DNA of 64,000 nucleotides from the NCBI GenBank assembly GCA_965217865.1, contig CBDCJO010000002.1:3104001-3168000 (forward strand), written 5' to 3'. Shown piece after piece: positions 20,205-32,152 of the stretch; within the stretch, counting starts at the first letter, position 1; each line of letters begins with the position of its first letter. Made by a program: the position numbers and the translations under genes. Origin of the DNA: Candidatus Latescibacterota bacterium (GTDB lineage Bacteria; Latescibacterota; UBA2968; SICM01). The notes below the pieces were generated by a model, which had not been told where the DNA came from, ran no database searches, and saw only the letters and a list, made by a program, of their open reading frames with translations.

Positions 20205-20777
20205 TTGATCGACCTCGATCATGCAGAGCGCGAACTCTTCGAGTACATCGAAATGTTTTACAACAATCAGCGGCTGCACGCTTACCTGGACTATGTGTCC
20301 CCGGCCCTTTTTGAACGGCTATCGCTGCAGAAAGCGGCTTAAACCACTGTCCACTTTTCCCGGGTCATATCACCTCGAGGCGTTGAATATGGCGCTCTGG
20401 CAACGACAGCCGGAAGCCGTCATCCATCACTCCGACCAGGGATGTCAGTACACCTCCATTGCCTTCGGTCTACGGTGCCGCAAGGCCGGTGTCCGGCCCT
20501 CTATGGGCTCCACCGGTGACTGCTACGACAACGCGTTATGCGAGAGCTTCTTCGCCACGCTCGAATGCGAACGCCTGGATCGCCGAAACTACCGCACACA
20601 GGCCGAAGCCCGGATGTCCGTATTCCAATACATCGAGGGCTGGTACAACCTCCATCGGCGACACTCAGCACTCGGATATCTCTCTCCAATGAACTTCGAG
20701 AAGACCTCCAGCGATGTCGCCCTTGCAGCCGACTGAATCGCAACTGATAAACCGTCCGCTAAACCGGGGTAACTCCA
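20205..20777 (+). mobile_element. Two stacked IS3-family 3' fragments, each with its right IR
   Basis: LFEYIEMFYNNQRLH with end at 20372; HHSDQGCQY..DCYDNA..ESFF..YN..RRHS.LGY with end ACTCCA at 20777. Confidence 0.9.
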
Positions 20778-21235
20778 GTCCAAGGATGATCGGGCAAGTA
20801 GACGGTTAGCGCTTGACACAACCAATCGCGTCGAGAGTCATCCAACTGATCCCTCGCTACAGTCATGTCTAGTTCGTCACGATCTCGACCTTGACCAGCT
20901 TTGTAGAGTAAGACAATCTCTGGTCCAAGGAATGGAATTCTATCCTGCGTATACATAGTCAACGCGGAGATTTCCCGCTTGACGGCTTTGTTCCTTCGGA
21001 AAACCCATTCCGAATCGCTCTTCTCATTGAGCAGGAATTCTACTTCGTCGTTATCACTATCATAAGTGTGAATCTCATGAAGCGGTAGCTGCAGCCATTC
21101 TCCAGGCTGCCATATCCTCCGGCCCTCCTTTGTGGAGAGTTCAAGCCGCCACCCCTTTAGGATTCGCTGCAATGCCAGTTGATCTTCTCGGAAGATGGCG
21201 ATCAAGATGTCAGTGTGATCGCGCGTGTCGAACTG
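20778..21235 (-). pseudogene. Aminoglycoside nucleotidyltransferase-like protein, 5'-truncated
   Basis: TRDH.D..IAIFR.DQ; IPFLGPEIVLLYKA; PDHPW. Confidence 0.65.
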
Positions 21236-21334
21236 TTCGAGCAATGCGAAGGCCTTATTTGCTCGCAGTGGGAGAATCTTAGCGGTCATTAGCACATGCA
21301 TTCATAAGGTAGTGTTGGCTGGCATTTCCTATAA

Positions 21335-21645
21335 CGGCGCCTTTAACAAGCTGGTGGTTTTCGATGAAGCCCACAAGTACATCGAAAACGATGATCTAGT
21401 CGCCGGCTTGGTTGAGGTCGTCCGTGAGATGCGACACAAAGGGACCAGCATCATGGTGGCCTCTCAGGACCCGCCATCAGTCCCCGTATCGTTGATCGAG
21501 CTGTCTTCGCAGATCATCAATGCACAAATTCAAACTCACCAGCCTGGCTTAAACACATCCAGAAGGCGAATGCTGCTCTTGGCGAGCTGACCTCCGACAA
21601 GATGAGTCATCTTGGAACCGGTGAAGCTTACGTGTGGTCGAGGTA
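21335..21645 (+). pseudogene. MADS MAD8-like ATPase, C-terminal fragment
   Basis: FNKLVVFDEAHKYI..VREMRHKGTSIMVASQDPPSVP; frameshifted. Confidence 0.7.
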
Positions 21646-21699
21646 GCGCATGACGTAGAGAGCGCTCATATTAATCAACTCCTTTCAGGCATCCTTCTT

Positions 21700-21850
21700 T
21701 CAGGGCCGCCTTGCGCTGAATCCTGCTTTGGGGATACTTCAACCTTTTCAGTAGAGGCTCTATGACAAGAGCCTCTACGTCCGCCTCATTGCGGATACAG
21801 GAAACATTGAACAGATCATTGCTTGTCGATTTATGCAATTTTCCCATGTC
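21700..21850 (-). pseudogene. HsdR N-terminal-like fragment
   Basis: NEADVE..VIEPLLKRL.Y motif. Confidence 0.5.
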
Positions 21851-22058
21851 TCCCAATAAACTACCAAACTCGCGCCCCTTCGTCAAGTTCAGTCATCCGA
21901 CTCCTTTCTAGACACAGGAACGTTCTGACGCGGTTATTGTCTTCGCGGACAGATCAGACATTGAGGAGCGTTATTGGGAACTCTTCAATCACCTGGAGCA
22001 TGGCTTGGTCCTAGAGAAGGCTCGGCTGCTTACCCTCGGAGAGCTGTCCTTCCACCTA

Positions 22059-23587
22059 GCAGCCCGTTGAAGAACTACCTTTCAACGCACATAAACGGAA
22101 AAGACGCCTGGAGTGCGGGTCAGATAAATCAAGGTAAGGAGATTGAGCAGGAGACGCTGATAAGAGGTTAAAAAGGTGACCGAGGGCAGCAAAGCGTGAT
22201 TGTAGGACGAGCAGTAGACGCTGCAAGGCCTTGGCCAGGTCCTGGAGGGCCTTCGGAGTACCTACGCCCATCACTTTGCGCATGAGCAGAGCCAGGTTGC
22301 AGCCCCCGATGTGGATCAGCAAACGCTTGAGGATATTGCCGCGGTCTCTCAAGTGCAACCTGCGCATGCCACCGGTATCATATGTGTGAGCGATGGTTCT
22401 TTCCACCCGTTCTGCACGACTTCGGCGCAAGGCCTTGCCGCGATCTCCCTTGATCCGGCGTCGATTCGCATATACCGCGGCCTGCTCATCTCGTCGGCCG
22501 TTCCACTTGCGGCGTCCCCGATCCGGTTCTGAAATGTAACTCCGGATGCCGCCTTGCTTCAGACTGGTCAATACATCGTTGCTATGATATCCTTTGTCCG
22601 CAACCACCTCCCGTATACGCTGTCTGTGCAAACGTTTGGCAGCTTTTTCGTCCTTCGCGACCTGCTTGAGATTGAGCGGCGCCTCGAGCAGCGTCCAGGG
22701 CAACGACTCGGTATCTCCTTCATCTGCTCCCGACAACGCCACTGCCACAATGGCATTGGTGTCCAGATCCACCGCGTGCTCCACCTTGTGCGCCATGTGC
22801 GTGCGACCGTCCTTCATCTTAGCGATCTTGGCATCCGGGTCGTGCGGGTGCTCCCAGTCCTGGTTCGATCCCTTCTTCGGTCGCTTCTTATCGATCTTGG
22901 ACAAGTCCTCGCGGGTAGGCGTTTCAATGCCCGAGGCCTTGGCCAGATTCTCAAGGAATGCCTGGTAGCCTTCACCCGTGTCACGGCGTACAATGCTGCG
23001 CATCGCGGCGTTGGCCTCCAGTGTCGTAGCATCCACGCCCAACGTCTTCCCCTTCACCAGACCCGCTTTGCACAAGACCCTCAGGATCCACTTGAAAACC
23101 GCTTCGTGAACTTCCAAGGGAAGCCGATGCCGGATGCGAGACAGGCTGGAATGATCCGGGGTCTGTTCGTCAAGGGCATACCCCAAAAACCGGCGCAACG
23201 TCAGCGAGTCAGATACACGCCATTCGATCCCACGTTCCGAATCAAGTCCCTCGAAATACCCAATCAAAAGCATCCGAAAATAAACCCCGGGCGGAATGCC
23301 CTTGCGACCCATATGAGGAGCGTAATACCGCTGGCAAAGCCCCTCGACGAACTCGTCGAAGCCGTTCGCCCCCAATACCTGATTCAGCTTCTCGTAGAAC
23401 GGATGACCCGGAGATTTCACCAAAGTGTTCGATGCGATGAACAGGTTTTCCTGTCTCTGTCGTCCTCGTTTTCCCATTGCCATTTGCTCGTCCTCCCTTC
23501 TCAGTTTGAACCTGATATATCATAGGACCAAACCACAAGGAAAGACAACAGTCATCTTGGCATAAACGCACTTTTTCAACAGGCTGC
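22059..23587 (-). mobile_element. IS1182/IS5-like insertion sequence, intact (transposase 22056-23483)
   Basis: TIR GCAGCCCGTTGAA / TTCAACAGGCTGC with TA on both sides; PDHSSLSR, VDATTLEANA, ADKGY, ERT motifs. Confidence 0.9.
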
Positions 23588-25186
23588 TAAGAGCTCAAGG
23601 CCAAATGTTTCGATGAATTTGTGATCAGCATGGATGACGTTCATCAGCAAAGTCCCATTTTGCCTCCCATCAGGATGCGGCTGGAAGAGATAACTAGATA
23701 TTTCTCGCCCCGGCACCGAAGAAGACACTGAAATACTCAATACATTTGCATACTCAGATAATCTCGATTGATATCCCTCTGCCACCTCCTTACCAGAAAC
23801 GGGGATCACTATTACATGCTCTTTATCGAACCCAAGCCGTTTGTTTCGTAGGTAATCTGATTGGCTATGAACTACTACCGTAACAATTATTAGAACAACA
23901 GAAATACCAGATTGAAGAACAACAAGCGACTTCCCGAGACTTAGTTTCTCCAATCCGTCCACCAGCCGGCCTTTTAGCACATCCACCGGTTGAAAGGCCG
24001 AAAGAAGAAATGCGGGATAACTTCCGGAGAAGACTCCTACAAACACAACGATGCCGATCAGAATCAACATCAAATCCCAGTTCCTTAAGTAATCAGAGGC
24101 TAACAACTCACGATGGATATACGCATTAACCGCGGGAAGCATTACCTCGACTAGAATAACAGCGAAGACCAGCGCAAACAAAACCACTAAAGTAGATTCA
24201 CCCAAAAACTGACAAATCAATTGAAAGCGGCCCGCGCCCATTGCTTTCCGGATACCTACCTCTTTTGCTCGACGTACCGAATTAGCAATCGAGAGGTTTA
24301 TAAAGTTGACGCAGCCGAGCAATAGAACAAAAGCAGTGATAACTAGGAATAGATAGACATACCGGATGTCTCCATTCGCGCTCATCTCAAACTCCAACTG
24401 GGAACGCAAATGAATGTCGGTCAAGGGCTGTAGGAAAGGTCTAAATCTAATGCCTGCTACCTTGATCTTATCGCCCAAGTGCCTGTCAATGAATTCAGGC
24501 AATTTTAATTCTAGTTCCTTGGCTGAATCTTCCGTTCTCAAGAGCAAGTAGGTATAATAATGGTGGTCTATCCAATCCTTTCTCTTCATTTGTGATGCGA
24601 GAAAATCGAATTGAAAATGGGTATTGTGATCAACATCCTTCAAAACACCCGTAACCTTGAATTCGTTTCCACCGATTGAGAGAACCTGTCCGATAGGTTC
24701 TCTTTCACTAAAGTATTTTTGAGCGATCTCTTCTGTAACGACAACTGAATGAGGTTCCTCAAGCGCCGTTTCTATGTCTCCTTTGTTTAGGGGGAAGTGG
24801 AATATTCTGAAGACATTTTCATCGACGAACCACACGCCGTCTTCGTAGAAATGAACATTTTGAGCCCTCACAACCGTCTTCATATCATTTCTGAAAAACC
24901 TAACTGCATCAATCACCTCCGGATAGTCTTTAACAAGCGCAGGCCCCATCGGAAAAGACGTGATTGCAATCCGACGTGTTTTCCCGGCTACGTGCACCTC
25001 CTCGACAAGCCGGAAAATCCTGTTGGCGTGAATATGGTGCTCGTCATAACTCATCTCATCTCTAACGTAGAGCAGAGTAAGGATACAGCACGCCATTCCA
25101 GCAGCGAGACCTGCGACATTGATGATGGAGTAAACTTTACTTTTCACCAAATTGCGAGTGGCAATTGTCAGATAATTCCTGATCAC
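23588..25186 (-). pseudogene. MacB/FtsX-type ABC permease truncated by the IS
   Basis: RNL.K.K.YS.IN..GLA.G; LQPLTDIHLRS; RRAKEVGIRK..GA; ends at the IS terminus. Confidence 0.9.
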
Positions 25187-25692
25187 CTTTTTTCGCCTCG
25201 TATCAAAGCCCAACCAAGCACTAGAATTCGCAACATCCACATGTTGTTGAGTCCCTGTCCTTTTGGTCCAACGACACGCCACCCACTCCAGCCTCTCCAT
25301 AACCACCAAGCAATGTTTTTCTCAGTCGGGATCCTCTCTAACCAATATTCAATGTAGGTGGGAATATCATATTCGCCCCCCCAGAAGCTCGGGAAAATTC
25401 ACTTTTGAACCGAAGGCACTCCACACTCGGACAAATACCGCCAAAAAAATAGGGCGCAGATCCTACGCCAGGCTTTTCGAACAACTTACTCCCAGTCTGC
25501 TGAAGCCCTACAGAGGGACCTCATGGATTAAGACCTACGACTGCAAAAGTCCACCCCTATAGGGCTATCGGAACATGGGAAAAAAACCCATCGCCGCAGC
25601 CAACCAATACCTCACATCAGGTTCCGTAGATGCTTACTATACTTATTCGACAACTTCCTCCTAATTTCAGTTAGAATGTTTAAGCACACCAT

Positions 25693-26730
25693 CTAAATAG
25701 TCTCGAAGTAAGAGGAGTATTTTTTTTCCTTTTCCCCTATGCTATGTAGAATATCCCGAAATTTGGAAATCACATTCCCATTCTCCGTCATTTCGAGCCT
25801 TTTACTCAATTTCGCTGCGATCAACCATGACTGCGAAAGCTCGTTCCAGTACGCCATTATGTTCCTAAAAGTGTGAGGATCATATGTGGAAGATATAAAA
25901 TCCTCAAAGATTGAAATGAATAGACTCCTTTCCTGACGGTTCATAAGAAGCCCAACGGTAATTCCTTGAGCAGCGGTTTCCTCAACTGACATACTTTCTC
26001 TGTGAAAGCTGGGATGTTCAGCAAATGCATGGATGCCTTTAAAACCACATATCATCTCAGTCTCCGGTACGTCCCTGACCGGAACCTCACCGTATTGTAC
26101 AGGATTATCATCAAAGTTGCTTATAACTTGAATCAGTAGATGGTTAGAAAGAACGTCAACTGAAGGCATTGTGCAATCCGACGAAACATAAATTTCATCC
26201 ACAAGATTAGACAGAATCCGGTGTCCAATATCTTCTATCGGACACCATCCCTTTCCAAGTTGGCGGAAATTATTAACCAACAGCACGCTGTCTTGGACAC
26301 TGTCAATCCCGATACCCGCAAATGTGATATGCTGTGTGCCACTTGTCACTCTGATCTCGTCCCCCATTTTCTTTGGATCACCCTTAATGAATAAGAATAG
26401 GGGCCGGTTATTGCACACTCGATCATACATGAGCTCGCGGAGTTCATCCGGGCCCGGACATAGATGGCTTTTTACAGTTGCACCAAATAGCACTTCAATG
26501 TTGAGGTAGCATTGGCTAAGAAATGACACCGATATACTGACTTTTCTTGGTACATACCAAGAAGACCATCCGGCCCTCATTAGATCATATGTCCGGACAT
26601 CATCAAAAATATGGCTATAAAATCTAAGAATGCTCATCGCTGGATATATGCAGTACCTAAACCTGTAATTTGGTCTACTTTCCTCTCTTATAGGATGTCT
26701 TCTGATTCCTTTGACGAAGTATCTCATCAA
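25693..26730 (-). CDS. Low-GC hypothetical protein, possibly BtrH/DUF4872-like
   Basis: Intact 345-aa ORF with candidate Cys and His catalytic positions (YCIY, TQHIT) and a helical C-terminus; family call tentative. Confidence 0.45.
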   Translation of the reverse strand: MMRYFVKGIRRHPIREESRPNYRFRYCIYPAMSILRFYSHIFDDVRTYDLMRAGWSSWYVPRKVSISVSFLSQCYLNIEVLFGATVKSHLCPGPDELRELMYDRVCNNRPLFLFIKGDPKKMGDEIRVTSGTQHITFAGIGIDSVQDSVLLVNNFRQLGKGWCPIEDIGHRILSNLVDEIYVSSDCTMPSVDVLSNHLLIQVISNFDDNPVQYGEVPVRDVPETEMICGFKGIHAFAEHPSFHRESMSVEETAAQGITVGLLMNRQERSLFISIFEDFISSTYDPHTFRNIMAYWNELSQSWLIAAKLSKRLEMTENGNVISKFRDILHSIGEKEKKYSSYFETI

Positions 26731-26978
26731 GTGCCTTTCTGATGTTTATACACTCTCCATTACATGCCCGATTGACATACCAATCTGACAAATGAGGCTC
26801 CATTGCTTTAGGTAAGAAACTTGGGAATAAGCTTTAGTGAGACTTTCCATCCTATAATTATGTAGACTCATGTAATAGTTAAGAATCTTTTGAGCGATAC
26901 TGAAATTGATTAGTTGTGAATGTGTATTTGGATGACCAGGAAGCCAATTTTGGCTTCGGTGCTAATCGAGGTCCGAAT

Positions 26979-28739
26979 TTATGATCTCCCTTTGCTCCAC
27001 GATTTCATCAAGTTAGGGGCGCGGTACCATGTCCAGTAACCGAAGTTCGCATCAGGTTCATTGGGCTTGGAGAGAAGGTGCTCTTCAAGGCAACCTCGTA
27101 CCAGCTCAGTCGTAGCTAAATGGAACCCCACGAACCCCAGGTAATATGGCTGTGCCAGAAGGTGCTCAAACCCGACATCCTCGACCTCTCGCGCAAAGCC
27201 CGACAGCGCTTGATCGAGGATACCTGGAGCCAATTCGGAGCAGATTTCATCCACGACTAACGCGAGCTTCTTATCATCCTCGGCGGTCACCGTCGGTACA
27301 TCGAGATGGAAGGTGTTCTCCTCGGTCCGTTTGATGAAACCTTTGGCCACATAGCGGGCTAGTTTCTCTTTCTCCGGAAAGTTGGCATCTTCCAGGAGTG
27401 CCTCTTCGTTGACTGGCCCTCGGCTGAGACGACCTACATAGCGATCCAGATCGGAGAAATCGATAAATCCTTTCCTTTCATCCAAATGGGCGGTGGAAAG
27501 ACTGAAGGCCATGCCTGAGTGCTCCGACTCCATGCTAGCGGCATCGACGGAAAATATATCCTGAAACGTTACATCGGCCATACCCAGAAGATGCCAGAAG
27601 TCCACGGGACGCAGGGGATAGGTCATGATGTGGTGTTGACCCCATTCCAGCGAGTTGGCCACCTGGCGCCCCAGACCGCGTGACGCAATCCAGACCGGAA
27701 TTGCGATCCAGGCCAAGTGTGGCCAGTCGTACCCCTGCTGGCGCACCAGGGTGGTTTCCTCTAGGGTAGACCGCAGGCGGGGCACATGCTTCTTTATGAT
27801 CGAGACGCCATCCTTTACGAACGAAAGGTTGTCAGATATTTCGGCCAACTCGGTCTTATCCACAAAGAGAAAGGATGTTTGGTAGCTGCCGGGGACGGGT
27901 TCATCAAGCAGTTCACCGCGCACCAGATCCGGGACGAGATCCTCTATATAAACGGGATCTACATGCAGGTATTTGCTCAGTTCCCGAGTGCTCCTGGGTA
28001 TTTTCCTGCAGGCATAGAGCACTCGCCGGGGCAACAGGCGTTGGGTGAGCCTGTTCGGATGGAGCGGATGATTTTCGTGTTCGCGTTGCCCCATTAGAAC
28101 GATATTCAGCCCCTCAGGGATTTCGCTCGGCACTGTCGTTTCGGGTATCATGGCGACTAGCTCCTTTCTTAGCTTCTTCCGGGTTTGGAACAGGCGGGAC
28201 TTGACCGCGCCGACCGATAGGCCGGTCCGAGCTGTAATCTCCCTAATTGAATGGCCGTCCACGTGAAAGGCTGTGAAGATCTCACGTGATGTCGCTGTGA
28301 GGTGATCAAGGGCCTGCTCCAACGCATGCTCGAGTTCCTGGGACAGGTATTCCTCTTCCGGGGTACGCGAAAAAATCGAAGCAGGGCCTGGCACCACCTC
28401 GCCTGGATGAGTGGTGAGTAGTTCGGCTCGGTGTTGCATTCGACCACGGCGGGTTGTGGCCAGTCTACCCATCAAGGTGGTCAGCCAGGAATAGAAAGCT
28501 TGCGGAGTCTGAAGTGTGTGCAAGCGATGATAGGCTCGCAAAAAAGTCTCCTGTATCAAATCCTGGGCGTCGTCGAACTGGTTGTTGCTCAGGGCGAAGG
28601 CGTTGGGCCAAAGACGCGAAGTGTACTTATCTAAAAGAACTGAGAACGCTTTTTCGTTGCCTTTCTGTGCCGCCCGTACCAGCTCACCGTCATCGGTTTC
28701 AGGACTTAGTCTCATGAATAGTTTGGATGCCATTGTCAC
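26979..28739 (-). CDS. ECF sigma factor with a ~390-aa C-terminal extension
   Basis: DAQDLIQETFLRAY (sigma2); SIREI..GLSVGAVKSRL (sigma4). Confidence 0.9.
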   Translation of the reverse strand: MTMASKLFMRLSPETDDGELVRAAQKGNEKAFSVLLDKYTSRLWPNAFALSNNQFDDAQDLIQETFLRAYHRLHTLQTPQAFYSWLTTLMGRLATTRRGRMQHRAELLTTHPGEVVPGPASIFSRTPEEEYLSQELEHALEQALDHLTATSREIFTAFHVDGHSIREITARTGLSVGAVKSRLFQTRKKLRKELVAMIPETTVPSEIPEGLNIVLMGQREHENHPLHPNRLTQRLLPRRVLYACRKIPRSTRELSKYLHVDPVYIEDLVPDLVRGELLDEPVPGSYQTSFLFVDKTELAEISDNLSFVKDGVSIIKKHVPRLRSTLEETTLVRQQGYDWPHLAWIAIPVWIASRGLGRQVANSLEWGQHHIMTYPLRPVDFWHLLGMADVTFQDIFSVDAASMESEHSGMAFSLSTAHLDERKGFIDFSDLDRYVGRLSRGPVNEEALLEDANFPEKEKLARYVAKGFIKRTEENTFHLDVPTVTAEDDKKLALVVDEICSELAPGILDQALSGFAREVEDVGFEHLLAQPYYLGFVGFHLATTELVRGCLEEHLLSKPNEPDANFGYWTWYRAPNLMKSWSKGRS

Positions 28740-29059
28740 CTCACCAGTTAATTTATCCCAGTTAATTTATCCTATAAGACAACCCAATTCTTTAAAAGGT
28801 TTTATCAAGAATATAAAAAGAAGGTAATTACAAATTTAGGGCTTGGCAGGGGCTCTGGGCTGTCAAAAGATATTTCCCCGTTGATTTTCAAATGTATTGT
28901 GCATATATTACCTATGCTAAATATATTTACAATTCAAAGTCCACCATCGTTGTGGAGCCCGGTACGCCGGGCAGGTGCCAAGGAAGTCAACCCATCAACA
29001 CAGAGGGTAGGGTGGGAGTTATGGGAAGGCGGTCATATACATATTTGAGACACACCATG

Positions 29060-29210
29060 GCGACGGGGCTTAACGATGTCGTAGGCTTGATATTCGTCTG
29101 AAATGAGGAACGACCCTTGGGGGTTGACCGTTCTTGTAAGAAAATCAATGATGCTTCGTCCGGTGGTGTCTTCGGCGACGCAAGCCGTGACGTTTCCCGT
29201 GCGCTCCATA
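29060..29210 (-). pseudogene. IS1595-family transposase internal fragment
   Basis: ER.GNV.A..V..GS.LISDEYQAY. Confidence 0.7.
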
Positions 29211-29349
29211 GAATGTGGACTGGAGATTCCGCGGTCATATGTCCACTGAGCCCTGGAAAACACGTGTCATAAAGTGCCTAGATTTAGCCTGGGAATGCCG
29301 GATTGAGGTTAGCCCCTGTCTTCTACACCAGCAACCAGGAGGTGGCATC

Positions 29350-30312
29350 ATGAAAAAAAACTTACTCGTGCTGATGGTGCTAGCGTTGGTGGTCTCCTCC
29401 GGCCCGGTATGGGCCAAGGACGGATTTTACATGGGAATGGACTTGGGCATTGCGGTGGCTCCGGGCATGGACATGGAGAGCTGGGATAATGATGTTCCAA
29501 CTCAATGCGACGGGTTCATTAATAATGACGGGTCAGGGAATGATCTGGTGCCGCCGAGGAGAGATTGTACCCAGTCTAGTAGAGACGATTTCTCCTGGAT
29601 TCAGCAGTTTGATGGAGGCACTGGCCTCTTGGCAGGGGTGGCCCTGGGGTATCGCCTGGGGAGTTTCAGGGTCGAGGGGGAATATTTCTATCGCGGCACG
29701 ACCTATGATGACACGATCGATAACGTCCAGCTACTACCGTCGGGGGAGCCGTTCCAGGGTGGTAAAGAAGGCGAACTCAGCTATACAGAAGCCGGGGTCG
29801 ATGACGTGCTGTCGCACAACTTCTTCGCCAACCTGTACTACGACTACCGCTCGGACTCGAAGTTTACACCGTACGTGGGGTTTGGAGTCGGGGTTGGGCA
29901 GGTTTCCTTGGACTTCTTTAACCGATGGACGAGGAACTATGACGACCGCGACATCCCGACATTCACAAACGACAAGGACATTGAAGGTATTTCGGAGGCA
30001 GAACTTGAAGACCGCGAGCTTCTGAACCAGCGGGTCGCCGGGACGACTACCATCGGCAGGGCCAAGCTCTCGGATACGCTGTTCGGGTATCAGGCGATCG
30101 CCGGGGTGGATTATCGGGTCAGTGAGCCGGTCACCATCGGGCTCAAGTTCCAGTGGGCGGATTTCGGTGAATTCGAGGATGGGGAAGAGTGGGATCAGCT
30201 CCGCAGTCATGAGTCCACTGTTAGACCGGGCGGTGCGCGGGTGCGATACACAGCGATGACGGAGGACATTCAATTCTGGGGCGTCAGCCTCAACATGAAG
30301 TATCAGTTCTGA
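29350..30312 (+). CDS. Outer membrane beta-barrel (opacity/Msp2-like) protein
   Basis: Signal peptide MKKNLLV..AK; FRVEGEY, FANLYYD, PYVGFGVG, YQAIAG; terminal YQF. Confidence 0.85.
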   Translation: MKKNLLVLMVLALVVSSGPVWAKDGFYMGMDLGIAVAPGMDMESWDNDVPTQCDGFINNDGSGNDLVPPRRDCTQSSRDDFSWIQQFDGGTGLLAGVALGYRLGSFRVEGEYFYRGTTYDDTIDNVQLLPSGEPFQGGKEGELSYTEAGVDDVLSHNFFANLYYDYRSDSKFTPYVGFGVGVGQVSLDFFNRWTRNYDDRDIPTFTNDKDIEGISEAELEDRELLNQRVAGTTTIGRAKLSDTLFGYQAIAGVDYRVSEPVTIGLKFQWADFGEFEDGEEWDQLRSHESTVRPGGARVRYTAMTEDIQFWGVSLNMKYQF

Positions 30313-30367
30313 CCGGTAACTATGGAAAGGGTATTCCCAGTATGAGACACGTGTTTCTCGCTTTACT

Positions 30368-31435
30368 GTGATGCCATTGACGCTTGGAGTGATCGCCTCA
30401 GCCGCGATATCTGCTCAGTCCCTTCAGCGTAACCCCGCCGATATAGACGGCAGTGGCCTTGTCGATCTCGACGATTTTTTTCTATTTGCGCAAAACTTCG
30501 GGAAGACGGGCACCCCTTTTGACCCATCTGCTCGGGATACGGTCCTGCAAGTCATCAGAGACACAATCGAAATCGTGCGCACAGACACTGTATTCTCGGC
30601 GCGTCAAGATGTTGGGCGTCCTGAAGAATCCGACTGGCAAACGATTTTTGCAAACGAACGTGGAAATGTCTACTGGTTGGGCGTAGGCGTTGAAGAGCCG
30701 GGTTACTCCTGGAGTTTCGTTGGAACGGGCTTCGCGGTTGGAACTGATGTACTCTGCACAAACTCCCATGTTGCTTTGGGGTTGCAAGAGCGCATCTCAA
30801 ACATAAGATCCGACCTCACAGCCGTTTTTGTAGCCGTTCCTGCGGACGGCACAGGCCGTGACGCTTATCGGCTGGCCGTGGCCGAAAATAACAATATCCT
30901 CCTCAAGTTTTCGCATCCAAACTATAATGAATCCCCCTCATCAGCTGATGTAGCACTTGTATTTACGACAAAGGAGATGCCGGGCTTTTCCCGCCTGGTA
31001 AGCAGTCTGGATGCCATGGAACTGGAAGTCGGTCAAGAGATCGCAACGATTGGATACCCTGGAGAAATCGACTCTGACTACGATCCTGTAACACGTCTCA
31101 TACCCACCTCAAAAACCGGCATCGTCAGCGCGTTGAGGCCCTACGATGAAGCAACGCCATCGGCAACCATTTGGGGTAGAATCGCCAACAAGATAGTACA
31201 GCACAACTTTGATACGACGCCGGGCACATCGGGCAGCCCCATTTTCAATAAGAGGGGTGAGATCGTCGCTGTTAACAATGCAATAGCAGTTTCTGGTACA
31301 GGCAGTCTGGGCTTCGGCATCCGGGCAGACGAGGCGAGGGATTTGATGCGTGCGATATATGTCGAACATCGAGACGATTTCGATGGACTTATGCCCGAGG
31401 ACCTCCTAAACCTCATAAAGCCCGTGGTGCGATGA
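30368..31435 (+). CDS. Trypsin-like serine protease with an N-terminal dockerin/EF-hand-like motif
   Basis: ADIDGSGLVDLDDFFLF; triad TNSHVA / ADVAL / GTSGSP. Confidence 0.85.
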   Translation: MMPLTLGVIASAAISAQSLQRNPADIDGSGLVDLDDFFLFAQNFGKTGTPFDPSARDTVLQVIRDTIEIVRTDTVFSARQDVGRPEESDWQTIFANERGNVYWLGVGVEEPGYSWSFVGTGFAVGTDVLCTNSHVALGLQERISNIRSDLTAVFVAVPADGTGRDAYRLAVAENNNILLKFSHPNYNESPSSADVALVFTTKEMPGFSRLVSSLDAMELEVGQEIATIGYPGEIDSDYDPVTRLIPTSKTGIVSALRPYDEATPSATIWGRIANKIVQHNFDTTPGTSGSPIFNKRGEIVAVNNAIAVSGTGSLGFGIRADEARDLMRAIYVEHRDDFDGLMPEDLLNLIKPVVR

Positions 31436-31629
31436 AAACAGGGATATATTCAAAAGTTGTGGTCGAACATGAAAAATGAGCGTATCCTTCAATATCCAAT
31501 AACTAAAGCCCTCGGATGAGGGTTGTAGCACGGTTCGAGATCAACCGTGCGCCACTCGCTCACGAAGACTGGCATTACTGAATGCAATTGCGAGACCCCG
31601 AGGGACAGCCCACCGCGTGGAGAAAGTGT

Positions 31630-31897
31630 TGTGGAGCCGAAATTCAAGGTTGGTGACAGGGTTCGCCTTGCATCGAATCCAGATTCGGTCGGCGTAATCG
31701 TCGATGGACCACAGCTTCGACGTGGTGTTTTCTACTACCAGGTCTTCTTCAGCGCCGACAAGCGCGACACGCTCTTTCCGGAGAGCGCACTTGATGCCGA
31801 GGAGCTAGAGAATTTCACTACTGCGTTTGGACGTGCCAAGTTCCTAGACAGAACTGCCTTCCTGCAGTTCTTGATTCTTGAGAAGATACGAAAACCC
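31630..31897 (+). pseudogene. N-terminal fragment of a probable SNF2/RapA-like helicase
   Basis: FKVGDRVRL..P..VG..YQVFF; cut by an IS1-like end. Confidence 0.45.
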
Positions 31898-32152
31898 GGT
31901 AGTGTCTCAGTTTGAATTGCGGGGAGCGTAAGTTTTTGGACGGTTCGGCTTTGATGCTCTTGCGTCGATCAATCCTACAATCCACTTCATATCGCGAAGG
32001 GTATCGGTAAGCCCGGCCGACATGGCGGGAGTCATGCGAAGTGATTTGTGAATCCGAACGAAGTTGTAATATACGAAGTAAAGGCTCAGCATGTGAAGAT
32101 GGTTCTCAAGCTTCTTGCTGAAGGCGTTGGTTAGTCTGGTAAACCTTCGCAT
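31898..32152 (-). mobile_element. IS1-family 3' fragment with IR
   Basis: MRRFTRLTNAFSKK..YYNF.RIHKSLR.TPAM; terminus GGTAGTGTCTCAGTTTGAA. Confidence 0.85.

Noticed and set aside
25600-25660. Tiny ORF after AGGAGG on the minus strand as a RiPP precursor
   Set aside because: Only 13 codons, TTG start, no leader or core features
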